DNA of 64,000 bases from a virus (IMGVR_UViG_3300012208_000003:1209-65208), one strand, 5' to 3'. Counted from the first letter of the stretch, positions 40,368 to 50,615 are shown. Program-made: numbers and translations. Notes: generated by a model not told the origin, from the sequence alone.

Positions 40368-40459
40368 GGAGTCGTGGCCGAGTTGACTTAGGCACCGGGC
40401 TGTAGCCCCGGAGTCCCATCGGGACCTAGACGAAGGTTAGAGCCCTTCCGACTCCACCA
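40368..40459 (+). tRNA. tRNA-Tyr(GTA)
   Basis: GGAGTCG/CGACTCC; CCGGG-CTGTAGC-CCCGG; long variable arm; CCA. Confidence 0.8.
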
Positions 40460-40464
40460 GATTT

Positions 40465-40540
40465 GGGTGCGTAGCTCAGTTGGCAGAGCATTCGATTCTT
40501 AATCGACAGGTCGTGAGTTCAAAACTCACCGCACCCACCA
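40465..40540 (+). tRNA. tRNA-Lys(CTT)
   Basis: GGGTGCG/CGCACCC; loop TT-CTT-AA; CCA. Confidence 0.9.
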
Positions 40541-40545
40541 AGTTT

Positions 40546-40621
40546 GGCTCTGTAGCTCAGCAGGAAGAGCAGCGGGCTCATAATCCGCGCGCCGTTGGTT
40601 CGAATCCAACCAGAGCCACCA
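40546..40621 (+). tRNA. tRNA with CAT anticodon (elongator Met or Ile2)
   Basis: GGCTCTG/CAGAGCC; GCGGG-CTCATAA-TCCGC; CCA. Confidence 0.9.
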
Positions 40622-40637
40622 GGTTGGACAGGTGTTC

Positions 40638-40733
40638 GGGAGGTTAGCCTCAATTGGTAAGGCAGCGGACCTGAAACCCGCCGATGGTCGGCGAACCCGG
40701 CCAATGTGAGTTCGAATCTCACACCTCCCGCCA
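40638..40733 (+). tRNA. tRNA-Ser(TGA)
   Basis: GGGAGGT/ACCTCCC, G73, CCA; loop CC-TGA-AA; long variable arm. Confidence 0.85.
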
Positions 40734-40800
40734 AATTCAAGCGTAGTTATAAATTGCCATACCACCAGTTGAGGATAGTTGACATCAGAACTACAACTGC

Positions 40801-41031
40801 TTGATGATGGCGTTCATGGCGCAAGCAGCGCCCAACGTCAGCTTCGATATTCACCGCACGCTGGTCTCGCCGGAGAGCCAAGCTAAAATTATCCATTTGC
40901 TGTTCGTGCAACAATTGAGTGTAGACACGGTAGCTCGCCGTTTCGGCGTTGGTCGCACTACTATTCGGAGGATTCAAACTGCTTATTGTGAGAAAATAGC
41001 GGCAGGAAGGACCGATGGCCATGGACACTGA
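40801..41031 (+). CDS. small HTH protein
   Basis: SVDTVARRFGVGRTTIRRI. Confidence 0.6.
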   Translation: MMMAFMAQAAPNVSFDIHRTLVSPESQAKIIHLLFVQQLSVDTVARRFGVGRTTIRRIQTAYCEKIAAGRTDGHGH

Positions 41032-41614
41032 AAAACCGACAACGGTGAGAACGATTCCCATCGGCGATCTCTTGCCCGACGAGGCCAACGCAAACCGCGG
41101 AACCCCGCGAGGCCGGAAGCTCCTGAAAAATTCCATCAAGAAACTTGGCGCGGGCCGCTCGATCCTGGTCGATAAAAACTTCACAACTCTGGCAGGTAAC
41201 AAGACCTTGGAGGAAGCCAAGAAACAAGGCTATACGCGCGTAACGGTTGTCGATACTGACGGTAAAACACTTGTGGCTGTGCGGCGAACCGATCTGGACA
41301 TACAGGACAAGAAAGCACAAGAATTGGCTTTGTTCGACAATCGCTCAAGTGAATTGGACCTAAGTTGGGACCCGGAAATACTAAGTCAGACAGAAGCCGA
41401 CTTGACGGAATTGTTCGAGCCTTTGGAGCTCGAGAAGCTTTTGAATGAAGGAAAGAACACCCGGGAGCCCGAGGCGATCGATTTGCAGCCGCCGCCGAAA
41501 ATGGTTTGGATTCTACTCGGCATTCCGTTCAACCGTTTTGATCTAGTCCGGGAAAATCTCGCGGCATTGGAAAGTGAAGCAGAAATTTCTGTGCAGTCAG
41601 CAAGAAACGAATAA
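41021..41614 (+). CDS. ParB/Srx-like N-terminal domain protein
   Basis: IGDL.PD..NAN.G, SIKKLGAGRSILVD..LAGNKT, LALFDNR..EL..W. Confidence 0.7.
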   Translation: MDTEKPTTVRTIPIGDLLPDEANANRGTPRGRKLLKNSIKKLGAGRSILVDKNFTTLAGNKTLEEAKKQGYTRVTVVDTDGKTLVAVRRTDLDIQDKKAQELALFDNRSSELDLSWDPEILSQTEADLTELFEPLELEKLLNEGKNTREPEAIDLQPPPKMVWILLGIPFNRFDLVRENLAALESEAEISVQSARNE

Positions 41615-41629
41615 GATTCAGGAGGTATC

Positions 41630-42302
41630 ATGGGAACACGCTCACGTTCATTGCGGCCGCAAGATGAAGAAGAAGATTCGCCGGCCACTCCTGCTCCGGC
41701 ATTACAAAAAGAAGCAGATCCAATGCTAACACCGCCATGGTCAGTGCCAGCCTCGCCACAACCGGAAGTGGTCCCCATTGTTGACCAAACTCCTGCGTCT
41801 CCACCAGCTCCAAAGGTCGGGCTATTCTGTCAAGCATGCGGCAGTTCCGCCGTAGGCATTGCTGGCGGGATGAGGCGCTGCAATCAGTGTGGCAACTCCT
41901 GGGCATAGACACACAATCCAAATTAAGGGGGAATCCCAGCGTTCGAGGCTGGAATATGAACTTATGAACGCTGGGGATACTGGGGACAATAAAGAGCTCA
42001 TCTTCAAGGAAATTCTTCCCGAAGAGCGTATAGCCAGGCTAGTGATGATCTTGGCAGAAACTCCCAATTTTACTGCTTTAACTATGACCGAAATGGCCGC
42101 GGTAATATCGCCCTATGTACAACTCGAGATCCTGGATGCCCGACATCAGGAACGCGTTCTATGTCTGACGGATTTCTACAATTTGCGCGAGAAATTGATT
42201 AAAAGAGAGCGGGACTCTTTCCAAACAAAGAGCGAGCTGATCGCACAGATTCTAGCGCGCCCAGAAGCCAAGACCCTCGGCTTTCTCTACGATAAGAGTT
42301 AA
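41630..42302 (+). CDS. two hypothetical proteins (41630..41908 Zn-ribbon; ~41964..42302)
   Basis: AGGAGG RBS; CQAC..CNQC. Confidence 0.55.
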
Positions 42303-42449
42303 GCCTTAATTTAGCCTTACTTCAGCATGGTACGCAGTTTGGTAATTCTCAAATTAGAGTACTATCTAGTTACAACTAAACACAGTTGTCATAAACCTAC
42401 CCTCTATCTACTTTCGCTTTCCCTTCTCCCGCCCTTCCTGTCTTTCCTC

Positions 42450-42478
42450 TTGTCTAAACCTACAGGCTAGGTTATAAT
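42450..42478 (+). promoter_or_regulatory. strong sigma70-type promoter starting the early-type region
   Basis: TTGTCT, 17 nt, TATAAT in a 250-bp non-coding gap. Confidence 0.75.
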
Positions 42479-42552
42479 AGACTCCAAAGTAAGAGTTTAC
42501 CTCCACCAATGCGAGCTAGACCAAAGCATTCAGGGAGGATGGAGAAAAGAAA

Positions 42553-42855
42553 ATGGCGATGGCAAAAAGGATTCGACGGGAATTAGGCAAGAGCCGAGAA
42601 TTGCTCTGGCTTTTGCTCGATGGTAAGAAATGCTTCTTCTGCAAGAAACTGCTGCTGGAATCTCCTGGTACAAAAATTCGTTTTGGGAATTCCACTGCGC
42701 CGCCGTTGGACCTGGATATCACCTTGCACCACAAAGATGGGAACCATGCGAACAATGGCAAGTTTGGGAACCGCAAGAATGTCGATCTGTCACATGCCTC
42801 GTGTCACAAAACGTTCCATGCGAATGAAGTATTCCGGACATGGAGGGCAGCATGA
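42553..42855 (+). CDS. HNH-motif protein
   Basis: CFFC..ITLHHKDGNHANN..N..LSHASCHKTFH. Confidence 0.75.
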   Translation: MAMAKRIRRELGKSRELLWLLLDGKKCFFCKKLLLESPGTKIRFGNSTAPPLDLDITLHHKDGNHANNGKFGNRKNVDLSHASCHKTFHANEVFRTWRAA

Positions 42856-43064
42856 ACATCTTGCATTCGAAGCTGGAAGATGGCGTGCGCAAATTCACGG
42901 TCCAATCCCTGAGCGATGCGCGCCGTCATTACATCATCACCCGCCGCGCAACCAATAAATGGCAGTGTTCCTGCCCACGCTGGATTTATGGCGTGAAACA
43001 AACCGATGGGACGCGCCGTCGCGAATCGTGCAAACACATCCTTGCTATCCGGGAGATGGTATGA
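42852..43064 (+). CDS. SWIM zinc-finger protein
   Basis: WQCSCPRW...CKHI. Confidence 0.75.
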   Translation: MNILHSKLEDGVRKFTVQSLSDARRHYIITRRATNKWQCSCPRWIYGVKQTDGTRRRESCKHILAIREMV

Positions 43065-45312
43065 CAAATCCTATGGTACGCAGTTTGGTTCCCCCTGAAA
43101 ATATCCTCGCCAATATCCCTAAGACGAAGCAGGATACATTCTTTCTTCTCGATAGGGTACAGCGGCACCTAGAAAAGTCCGGCCGGAAGGATTGCCAGGT
43201 GTTCGTTAGTCCACAAGAGACGAGCGCCATCATTCAGAAGTTAATCGCCAAGGTTTCGCAGAAATGGGTTCGCAACGCGAAAACTTCCAGAAAAGACTTG
43301 CAAACTTTCCGGCGCGCCAAGCGCCGCGTCCGCCGCGTCCAATACAAAGATAAAGTGCAAGTCTTTATCAAGGCGACGGTCCCTGCACTGCGGGCATCCT
43401 TGCCGAAGATACACGGCCAGGGTTTCCTCTCTAAACCCGTCGCAGTTTATCCCTACCGTCCGATGGATACATTCCTGGGCGGTCACCGCGTCAACGTCTA
43501 TCGCCAGGGTTCGCGATTTGACGTGATAGACGGTCTTTGCGGAATTCCAATTCTCGCTGGGCTCACGCGCCGTGGGCTCAAGAAAGTGGTGCAATGGTGA
43601 GACCGACATACATTCTCTGCTATTGCGGCCTGTACCATCCGGTCGATGCTGACAAATTATTTGATTCTCCGAACCATCCGGTCACAAAGATTCCATGGTT
43701 GCGTTTTACAGCCGCAGAACTTGATGGGATGCACGGACGTGGCCAATGGGCTGTGACAAAGGAAGTGAAGCCATGCGACGAATAGATAAATGGAACAACC
43801 AAAAACGCAATGCGTGCCTCAGCGAATTCCGCCGCATGATCGCCGGATGCCGCGAGGCGCAAATCGAGAACGCCATAACTGCGGGCCGGTCTTTGGCGAA
43901 GCTGATGCTTGATGGCCACGTTACCATCACCGGGATCGATGGCGTTCAAATGGAGCGGTTCCGGCGCCGGTACGCAGTTGTGCCGCATCTGAAGCACGTT
44001 ATGTATGCCGTGGCGACTGGCCAGCTCACTGACGATTTATTGGAACAGCGCCTGAACCGCAAATTCCCAGCCTACCGATTGCCGAGCGGACGTCTGCGCT
44101 TGGTCGCCCGATGCGCGCTTTGTTCGAAGCGCACTTGCCGGTGCGTTCCAGCCGACACCCGGCCAGCAAAACAGCGCAAGCAATCACCGGCGCATCCGTT
44201 GGTTGGCACAGTGGTTTCCGTCCGTGGTTTGAACCAGTAAAAGGAGAAACGAATGAACACATGCAAATTCTGCGAATTCACCTGGACGGAAAACCATCCA
44301 TGCGAGCGCGGGATGGACTATGAGACGGGCGAAGTCTATTACTGCGGCTTTCAAGCTTGCCCGATGTGTGGCGCATGCCAAGGCCGCAATGACATTTCTC
44401 CCGAGTCCATCCGTTCTGCGAAACACATAAGGGCTATTCGGGAAGGGCATTCGTCATGAAACTCAAACGGATTAGTTTTATGCGTGTCGATAACCGCATC
44501 GGGCTTGGCGATGCTTTGCCGAATCTGGCCGACATGTTGCGCTACGATGTGGCATTTCAATGCCAGGCTGACCCGCACTTGATCGCTTTCCCGGTATTCC
44601 AGACAAAGGATGGCAACCTGGGCGGTACGATCACTCATGGCCGCTGGGCTTCCTTCGGAGTACTGGTCAAGTATTTGACGGATGCGCAAGACGCTCTGGC
44701 CAGAGGTTATGACAAAAGCCAATGGATAACGTTTCGCCATCCGCGAATATTCGGCCAGTTAGATTACGGGAAGCTGGTTCCCATCACTCTCGAAGCCTAT
44801 TGCCAAGCCAAAGACCCAAGAGACCTTTAGCCTAGCCGCGCTGTATGCGACGTTCAAAAAAAGTCACTCACTGTGCGATATTTCTGCCCAAAACAGTATA
44901 TGCAGCATTACAGCGTAGCGCATGACGCCGAACATGCGCAAAGGGAGAAACGATAATGGGAAACATTCCTCCAGATGAACAGCAGATTCCAGAACCAGAG
45001 CCGGAAGAAGACCTCCGACAATTCTTCGATAGTTCAGAGCAAGTACTCGCGATGAGCATCCAGAAGACTGGCATGAAACAGTTATGGGAACGCCAGACGT
45101 TTTTCAGCACCTATGAATCGCGGCTGCAGGCGCTTGCCGTGCGGCACAATCTGGAGCCGGCCATCCTCAAAGCATTGGTCGAAGACGCCTTCGGAACGTG
45201 CGATACTCCTCCTGCCGAGCAAGAGGCTAAGTTAGCGCTGATGAAACTAGCTAAACTGAAGATCGGGCCTTGCTCCGTGAATTGGCTCTTCCAAGTCCAC
45301 ATTCTAAAATAG
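43061..45312 (+). CDS. run of small hypothetical early-type genes (43061..43600, 43594..43785, 43773..44240, 44253..44459, 44456..44830, 44956..45312)
   Basis: Coupled ORFs with RBSs; no recognisable family. Confidence 0.5.
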
Positions 45313-45471
45313 GAGCGAAGATGACCGAAACCATGAATGAAATCCGCATCCGCGGCTGGCAGGTTCTTTTCGTGATGGGCGTGCTGTTGCTCGAGACCTG
45401 GTGGATTGTCAAATCGGTGGCCGATAGCATCGGCTACTAAAACAAAATCAAACAAAAAAGGGAGAAACAAA

Positions 45472-47031
45472 ATGGCTCTAAGTTTTATTAAACAGTTCAA
45501 TCTGGCGCGGCGCGCATCCGCTCCATTGATTGCCGTCCGGACGCCGGACATCGAGGCGACCATCAAGACGATTGCGCTCAACAAAGACAATGCCAATTCG
45601 CCGATGATTCTGCACGATTGTGTCCGCGGGTTGACGGCCGTAAACGATCAGGCCAAAGGATTAATCCGGGCACTTGGAGACCCTGCTTCTCTTGCGAACC
45701 CAGTCGAAATGCTGGTCAAGGCGATGCAGATGCCCAAAGAAGCGATTCTCTTCATGGCCAATCTGCACCGGTTCTTTCACGACCCAGCGGTCGTACAAGC
45801 CATCTGGAACCTGCGCGGAGCCTTCAAAACCAATACACGCACTTTGGTTATTGTTTGCCCGGACGTTACGCTTCCTCCGGAGATTGCCCAGGATGTTCTT
45901 GTCCTGGACGAGCCTTTGCCGGATGCCAATCGCCTGGAAGCGATCGTAGCGGAAACCTATTCGGCGGTGAGCCAGCCAAAGCCGGCTGCCGAGACCATGT
46001 CGCGCTCTGTTGATGCGCTTTGCGGCCTGGCTGCCTTTGCCGCAGAGCAAGTTTGTGCCATGAGCATCCGGAAGACCGGCATGGACCTGGAACAGCTCTG
46101 GGAACGAAAGAGACAACAGATTGAACAAACACCCGGCCTCAAAGTGTGGCGCGGCCAGCAACGTTTCAAGGATATTGGCGGCTGCGAGAACATCAAGAAA
46201 TTCCTGACCAGCGTGATGAATGGCAAGAACCGCCCGCGCGCCATCGTCTTTCAGGATGAAATCGAAAAGCAATTTGCGGGCGGCGAAGGCGGCGACCTGA
46301 GCGGCACAACGCAAGAGCTCCTGGGCAATCAGCTCTCTTTCATGCAGGACCACGACTCAACCGGCATCATGTCGATCGGGCATCCCGGCGTCGCCAAATC
46401 CGATATCGCCAAAGCCTTTGGAAACGAAGCTGGCGTGCCAACGATACAGTTGGATCTCGGAAATGCAAAGGGAAGTTTGGTTGGCGAATCAAACGCCAAC
46501 ATGCGCGCGATTCTCAAGGTTATTGAAGCCGTCTCGCAGGGACGAGCCTTGTGGATTGCTACCTGCAATAACATTCAAGGATTGCCGGCAGAACTACGCA
46601 GCCGGTATACCTTTGGCACGTTTTTCTATGACTTGCCGACACCTTCCGAACGCAACCTGATCTGGAACATCTATTTCGAAAAGTTCGATTTGAAGGACCG
46701 CGACAAGCCGCTCGACACCGGATGGAACGGAAGAGAAATCAAGAATTGCTGCCGGTTGGCGCATGACCTAGAAGTCCCGCTCCGGGAAGCTGCGACCTAC
46801 ATCGTTCCGCTATCCACCAGCGCCTCCGAGCGCATCACTTCCCTGCGCAAGGAAGCCGATGGCCGCTACATTTCCGCCGCCTATCCCGGGCCCTACAAAG
46901 CGCCCGAAGGCATGGATGAAACCGAACCCGAGAAGATGGTTGTCGCTGTCGGCATCTTGAATACCCCTAAGCGCAAAATCTCTACTGGCGGCAGTGGGTC
47001 CGGAAGCAAAGGCAGCGGAAACGTAAACTGA
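45472..47031 (+). CDS. AAA+ ATPase (Ycf46-like)
   Basis: FKDIGGCENIK, DEIEK, GHPGVAKS..AKA, GSLVGES, ATCN..LPAEL..R..FFYDLP. Confidence 0.85.
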   Translation: MALSFIKQFNLARRASAPLIAVRTPDIEATIKTIALNKDNANSPMILHDCVRGLTAVNDQAKGLIRALGDPASLANPVEMLVKAMQMPKEAILFMANLHRFFHDPAVVQAIWNLRGAFKTNTRTLVIVCPDVTLPPEIAQDVLVLDEPLPDANRLEAIVAETYSAVSQPKPAAETMSRSVDALCGLAAFAAEQVCAMSIRKTGMDLEQLWERKRQQIEQTPGLKVWRGQQRFKDIGGCENIKKFLTSVMNGKNRPRAIVFQDEIEKQFAGGEGGDLSGTTQELLGNQLSFMQDHDSTGIMSIGHPGVAKSDIAKAFGNEAGVPTIQLDLGNAKGSLVGESNANMRAILKVIEAVSQGRALWIATCNNIQGLPAELRSRYTFGTFFYDLPTPSERNLIWNIYFEKFDLKDRDKPLDTGWNGREIKNCCRLAHDLEVPLREAATYIVPLSTSASERITSLRKEADGRYISAAYPGPYKAPEGMDETEPEKMVVAVGILNTPKRKISTGGSGSGSKGSGNVN

Positions 47032-47032
47032 A

Positions 47033-47407
47033 ATGTCCGTTTATCTTGAGTGGTACGTCAAGAATGTGGAGCAACAGAAAGACAGAACCGCTTTCCTGGT
47101 TGTCTCCATAAAGAATACCGCCGCCCGATTCACCGTCTATCGCAAGGGCACCGAATGGCATTGCCCTTGCGATACCACAGAGGGCGTCGCCGGCACTACT
47201 GTTTGGATTGAAGGCCCGATCGCAGGCGCTTGCACTCACATTTGCAGAGCGTTTTTTTATTACTGGAACATGCTCAAACATGCTGAGGACATGAAACAAC
47301 AAGTCAAGACCATGGCCGAGGCCTCGAAACAGACTAAAAAGGCCGTGGCCAATCCAAGCACCCCGCTGCTTGAAACCAAAAAAAGGAAGATCACGCTCAA
47401 GGACTAA
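47033..47407 (+). CDS. SWIM-like zinc-finger protein
   Basis: WHCPC...CTHI. Confidence 0.6.
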   Translation: MSVYLEWYVKNVEQQKDRTAFLVVSIKNTAARFTVYRKGTEWHCPCDTTEGVAGTTVWIEGPIAGACTHICRAFFYYWNMLKHAEDMKQQVKTMAEASKQTKKAVANPSTPLLETKKRKITLKD

Positions 47408-47643
47408 TATGCTCTCCTACAAAATGACGAAATTCCGGGGCATCGAAATGCCCAACGAGCCAGTGACGGAACTGATCGTCCACATCCATGCCGGCAAAAC
47501 GGATGTTGTTGAATTCTGGATTCCCGGCTCGCGCTTCCCGCAAACCGCCCTGCTCGACAAGGCGCAATTTGAAAGGATGTGGCCTGGGTCAATCAGCAAT
47601 TCGCAGCGTTAGAACAGCAAGTCCGGGAAATTCATTAAAAAAC

Positions 47644-47673
47644 TTGCCCTATAACTTGTTTTTGTAGTAGAAT
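47644..47673 (+). promoter_or_regulatory. promoter directly upstream of array E
   Basis: TTGCCC, 18 nt, TAGAAT with AT-rich upstream tract. Confidence 0.55.
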
Positions 47674-47685
47674 TCAGTCGGCATG

Positions 47686-47763
47686 GCAGGCTTGGACAGT
47701 CGAGAGTTGGACCGTCCGGTCAAGCACCTGCTTGCAGTGGCGTGGAATGGCTTGGAATCGCAG
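47686..47763 (+). ncRNA. pentamer guide-like array E
   Basis: GCAG, 14 pentamers (12 end in G), GCAG; hairpin 47773-47798 follows. Confidence 0.85.
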
Positions 47764-47827
47764 GCGAAGCTAAAAGGCGCATCTTCTGGTGCGCCTTTCT
47801 AATTTCAAAAACGAAAGGAAGTGCATC

Positions 47828-48265
47828 ATGTCTCATGTAAGTAAATTCGAATTACAGGTCACCGATCTCGACAGTTTAGATGCAGCCTGTAAAGAATTAG
47901 GGCTAGAGCTCGTCCGTAACCAGCAAACGTACAAATGGTATGGCCGTTCCGTTGGCGATTATCCAGTTCCACAAGGCTTCACTGAACAGGACCTGGGAAA
48001 ATGCGAACATGCAGTCAGAATCCCAGACAATCGAACCGCTTACGAAATCGGTGTTGTCAAAAGCCGCACTGGCAAAGGTTATGAATTGCTTTGGGATTTT
48101 TATGCCGGCGGCTACGGCATGGAAGCGAAGGTCGGCAAAGACGGCTGCAAGTTGAAACAGCAATACGAAGTGCAGCATGGCGCTCGCTTTTGGCGTCGCA
48201 AAGGCTACAGGGTCACAACGCAAACTCAACAAGACGGCCACATCCGCGTGAAGTGCAGTCGATAA
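47828..48265 (+). CDS. DUF1257 (Ycf35-like) protein
   Basis: MSHV..I.DL..L..AC..LG, YEIGV, Y.L.WD, LKQ.Y. Confidence 0.7.
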   Translation: MSHVSKFELQVTDLDSLDAACKELGLELVRNQQTYKWYGRSVGDYPVPQGFTEQDLGKCEHAVRIPDNRTAYEIGVVKSRTGKGYELLWDFYAGGYGMEAKVGKDGCKLKQQYEVQHGARFWRRKGYRVTTQTQQDGHIRVKCSR

Positions 48266-48297
48266 GTTAAGAGTTTCAAAAAAAAAGGAGAACAAAA

Positions 48298-48486
48298 ATG
48301 GCTCATGATATCGTCATCGACGTTGCACCGAACGGAGAAGTGAAAATTGAAGTCAAAGGATTCAAAGGCGCGGGCTGCAAGGCGCTCACAAAGGAATTCG
48401 AAGAGAGCCTAGGTAAAAAGATCAGCTCTGTTGACACAAAGGAGGTTTATGAGTCGGAACGAATTCCAGTTCGCAATCGCGCCTGA
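48298..48486 (+). CDS. DUF2997-like protein
   Basis: I...GEVKIEVKGFKG.GC..LT..FEE.LG. Confidence 0.75.
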   Translation: MAHDIVIDVAPNGEVKIEVKGFKGAGCKALTKEFEESLGKKISSVDTKEVYESERIPVRNRA

Positions 48487-48775
48487 CGGCATGATCACCG
48501 CGATCTACGATGATGACTTGGCCGATCTGCTTGCCGAGGCCAGCCAGGTCAAAATCGAACGGGCAAGTTTCGTCGAGCCGCATCCAGACGGCGGCTGGTT
48601 CGCAGATATGGCGCCCAGCGGCGGACCGGTTCTTGGACCTTTCCGCTTGCGCGAAGAGGCCCTTCGAGTCGAACGCAGCTGGCTCGAGAACAGACTCTTC
48701 GAAGAGCCGCCATGCACTTGCCCAGGTGAGATTCTGCCCATCCGGGCAACCTGCCCATTGCATGGTGACCGGTAA
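48449..48775 (+). CDS. hypothetical protein of the AAA module
   Basis: I.RAS.VEP..W.ADM.P.GGPVLGPF..R.EAL..E..WL. Confidence 0.65.
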   Translation: MSRNEFQFAIAPDGMITAIYDDDLADLLAEASQVKIERASFVEPHPDGGWFADMAPSGGPVLGPFRLREEALRVERSWLENRLFEEPPCTCPGEILPIRATCPLHGDR

Positions 48776-49285
48776 TGCTGAAGCAACTGCCCGATGGACG
48801 CACTGTCGAAATCATCCCATTGACCTACGGACGCGCCAGAATTGTCATAGGCCATCCTGACGATCTTTCCTACGATGATGCCTGGTGATATGACACTCCA
48901 GAAGCTGCGGTCGCAGCTTTACTTCAATGGGACCCACTGAAAACACCTGAACCGGACGGTTGGATGCGTCATCCACATACTGGCAGGCGTCGACCTGGCG
49001 GAGATCCCCGAAAAGAATATGTTCACCGATGAATGGAGGCTTGAATGATTACTTTCAAAGCAGGGGACATTGTGACTGTCAGCCGGCTGAATTGCTACGA
49101 CGAACCAATAACGCAAACCGTTCAGTTGATCGAACGGCAGAAGGACGGGAACGTGCCCGGGTGGTCTGCCCGGGTCCAGGCTCCACGCAAACAGAAAGGT
49201 CGGCTCACCTGGGTAGCGGATGGCGAGATGCCAGATTTGCCGGGGCAAGAAGTGCAAACTAAGGTTTGAAAAAGGGAGAAACAAA

Positions 49286-50386
49286 ATGAAAGCAGCAACA
49301 GCAGCGCAGAAGTCTATTAGACATTTGGCAGCACTGAAAGCGTGGGCCACAATGCGAGCAAGAAAAGGTCAGCCTGCGCCAGTACCAAAGCCAGTAAGAC
49401 CCCGACCGAAGATGGAACCGCACAAGAAGATCGTATTGCCGAAGCAGGAACGGCCGGTATCAGCAAACGAGCTGCTTTTGCGAACCGTCGTTTTGATTTT
49501 GACTTTCAACGGCATCGGCAACCGCCGCAAAGTGCAATCCGATGAATTCCAGGCCGCCTCAACGCCGAACGCAAAGAATGACAATTGGTTCAACACCACC
49601 AAGAAACTCCTCGATGCCGAAGAGCTCGAAAAAATTACTTCGCTGTATGGCGAGCTACACCGGTTTGTCGAGAGCCGGGCGCTGCCATCCATGATCAAAA
49701 AAGGCGTCCATCTTCTTCCACTGGATTTCATCGAGGAAGTGAATGCCCGGCTGAAACAAGGTGAGAAAGATCTCGAGCCGCTGGTCGAGAGCATGGTCAA
49801 GAAACTCAACACCTACATTGCCGAAGCCAAAGCCCGGCTATCGAAAGTAAAAGTGGGCGATCAGGTCAAAAACTTCTTCAACGAGGACGATTACCCGACC
49901 GGGAAAGAATTGCGCGCCGCTTTCAAGCTGACCTGGCGATTCGTCTATGTGGACAGTGCCAAGAATCTTGAAGCGGTTTCCAAGGAGATCTACGAAGAAG
50001 AACGCGCGAAGGCCGAGGCCGCTTGGGCCGAAACACGTGAAACCATCAAGCAACTGCTTCGTACGCAGTTATCGGAATTGGTCGATCATTTGGTTACTCG
50101 ACTAACACCGGACGAAAGCGGCAAGAAGAAGATCATTCGCGATGATTCAACTAACAGGTTGCAGGAATTCTTGACGACTTTCGATTCGCGGAACATTGTC
50201 AATGACGTACAGATGAAAATCCTTGTCGACCAGGCCAAGAATCTGCTCAAGACAGCAGACGCCGACATGCTCCGGACAGATAAGACCGTCCGCGACTACG
50301 TTAGACACGGGTTTGAAACCGTTCAAACTTTACTAAGCGGCATGGTGGTTGACAAGCCTCACCGCTCCATCAAACTCGAAGATTAG
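49286..50386 (+). CDS. DUF3150-like protein
   Basis: K.LLD, G..LLP, F..DDYP, L..LV.HL..RL, L.EF..F..RN. Confidence 0.6.
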   Translation: MKAATAAQKSIRHLAALKAWATMRARKGQPAPVPKPVRPRPKMEPHKKIVLPKQERPVSANELLLRTVVLILTFNGIGNRRKVQSDEFQAASTPNAKNDNWFNTTKKLLDAEELEKITSLYGELHRFVESRALPSMIKKGVHLLPLDFIEEVNARLKQGEKDLEPLVESMVKKLNTYIAEAKARLSKVKVGDQVKNFFNEDDYPTGKELRAAFKLTWRFVYVDSAKNLEAVSKEIYEEERAKAEAAWAETRETIKQLLRTQLSELVDHLVTRLTPDESGKKKIIRDDSTNRLQEFLTTFDSRNIVNDVQMKILVDQAKNLLKTADADMLRTDKTVRDYVRHGFETVQTLLSGMVVDKPHRSIKLED

Positions 50387-50411
50387 GCCCTAAGTTCTAT
50401 GATAGACTATT

Positions 50412-50500
50412 TTACGGCGAGGCATGGCGTGCAACGTTCAGGCCTGATGTGGTGAGGTCGGTCCTGGCACGGCCCGACGATTTGAGGCAGGGCCGGCACG
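50412..50500 (+). ncRNA. pentamer guide-like array F
   Basis: G at 50416 to 50476 every 5 nt; ends GCAGG-GCCG; preceded by extended -10-like TGA-TAGACT (50400-08). Confidence 0.85.
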
Positions 50501-50506
50501 CTTCCC

Positions 50507-50541
50507 AAAAGGCGGGAGATTCTTTTTCTCCCGCCTTTTTT
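50507..50541 (+). terminator. intrinsic terminator after array F
   Basis: AAAAGGCGGGAGA/TCTCCCGCCTTTTTT. Confidence 0.85.
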
Positions 50542-50564
50542 ATATCCCGCTTCGAAGATTAACC

Positions 50565-50593
50565 TTGCTATTTCATAGACCCTAAGATATAAT
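50565..50593 (+). promoter_or_regulatory. sigma70-type promoter
   Basis: TTGCTA, 17 nt, TATAAT. Confidence 0.75.
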
Positions 50594-50615
50594 CCTAAAG
50601 GAAAAGGAGCCGGGC

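Noticed and set aside
39896-40733. Suppressor tRNA or alternative genetic code
   Set aside because: No CTA/TTA/TCA anticodons; long genes are intact in the standard code
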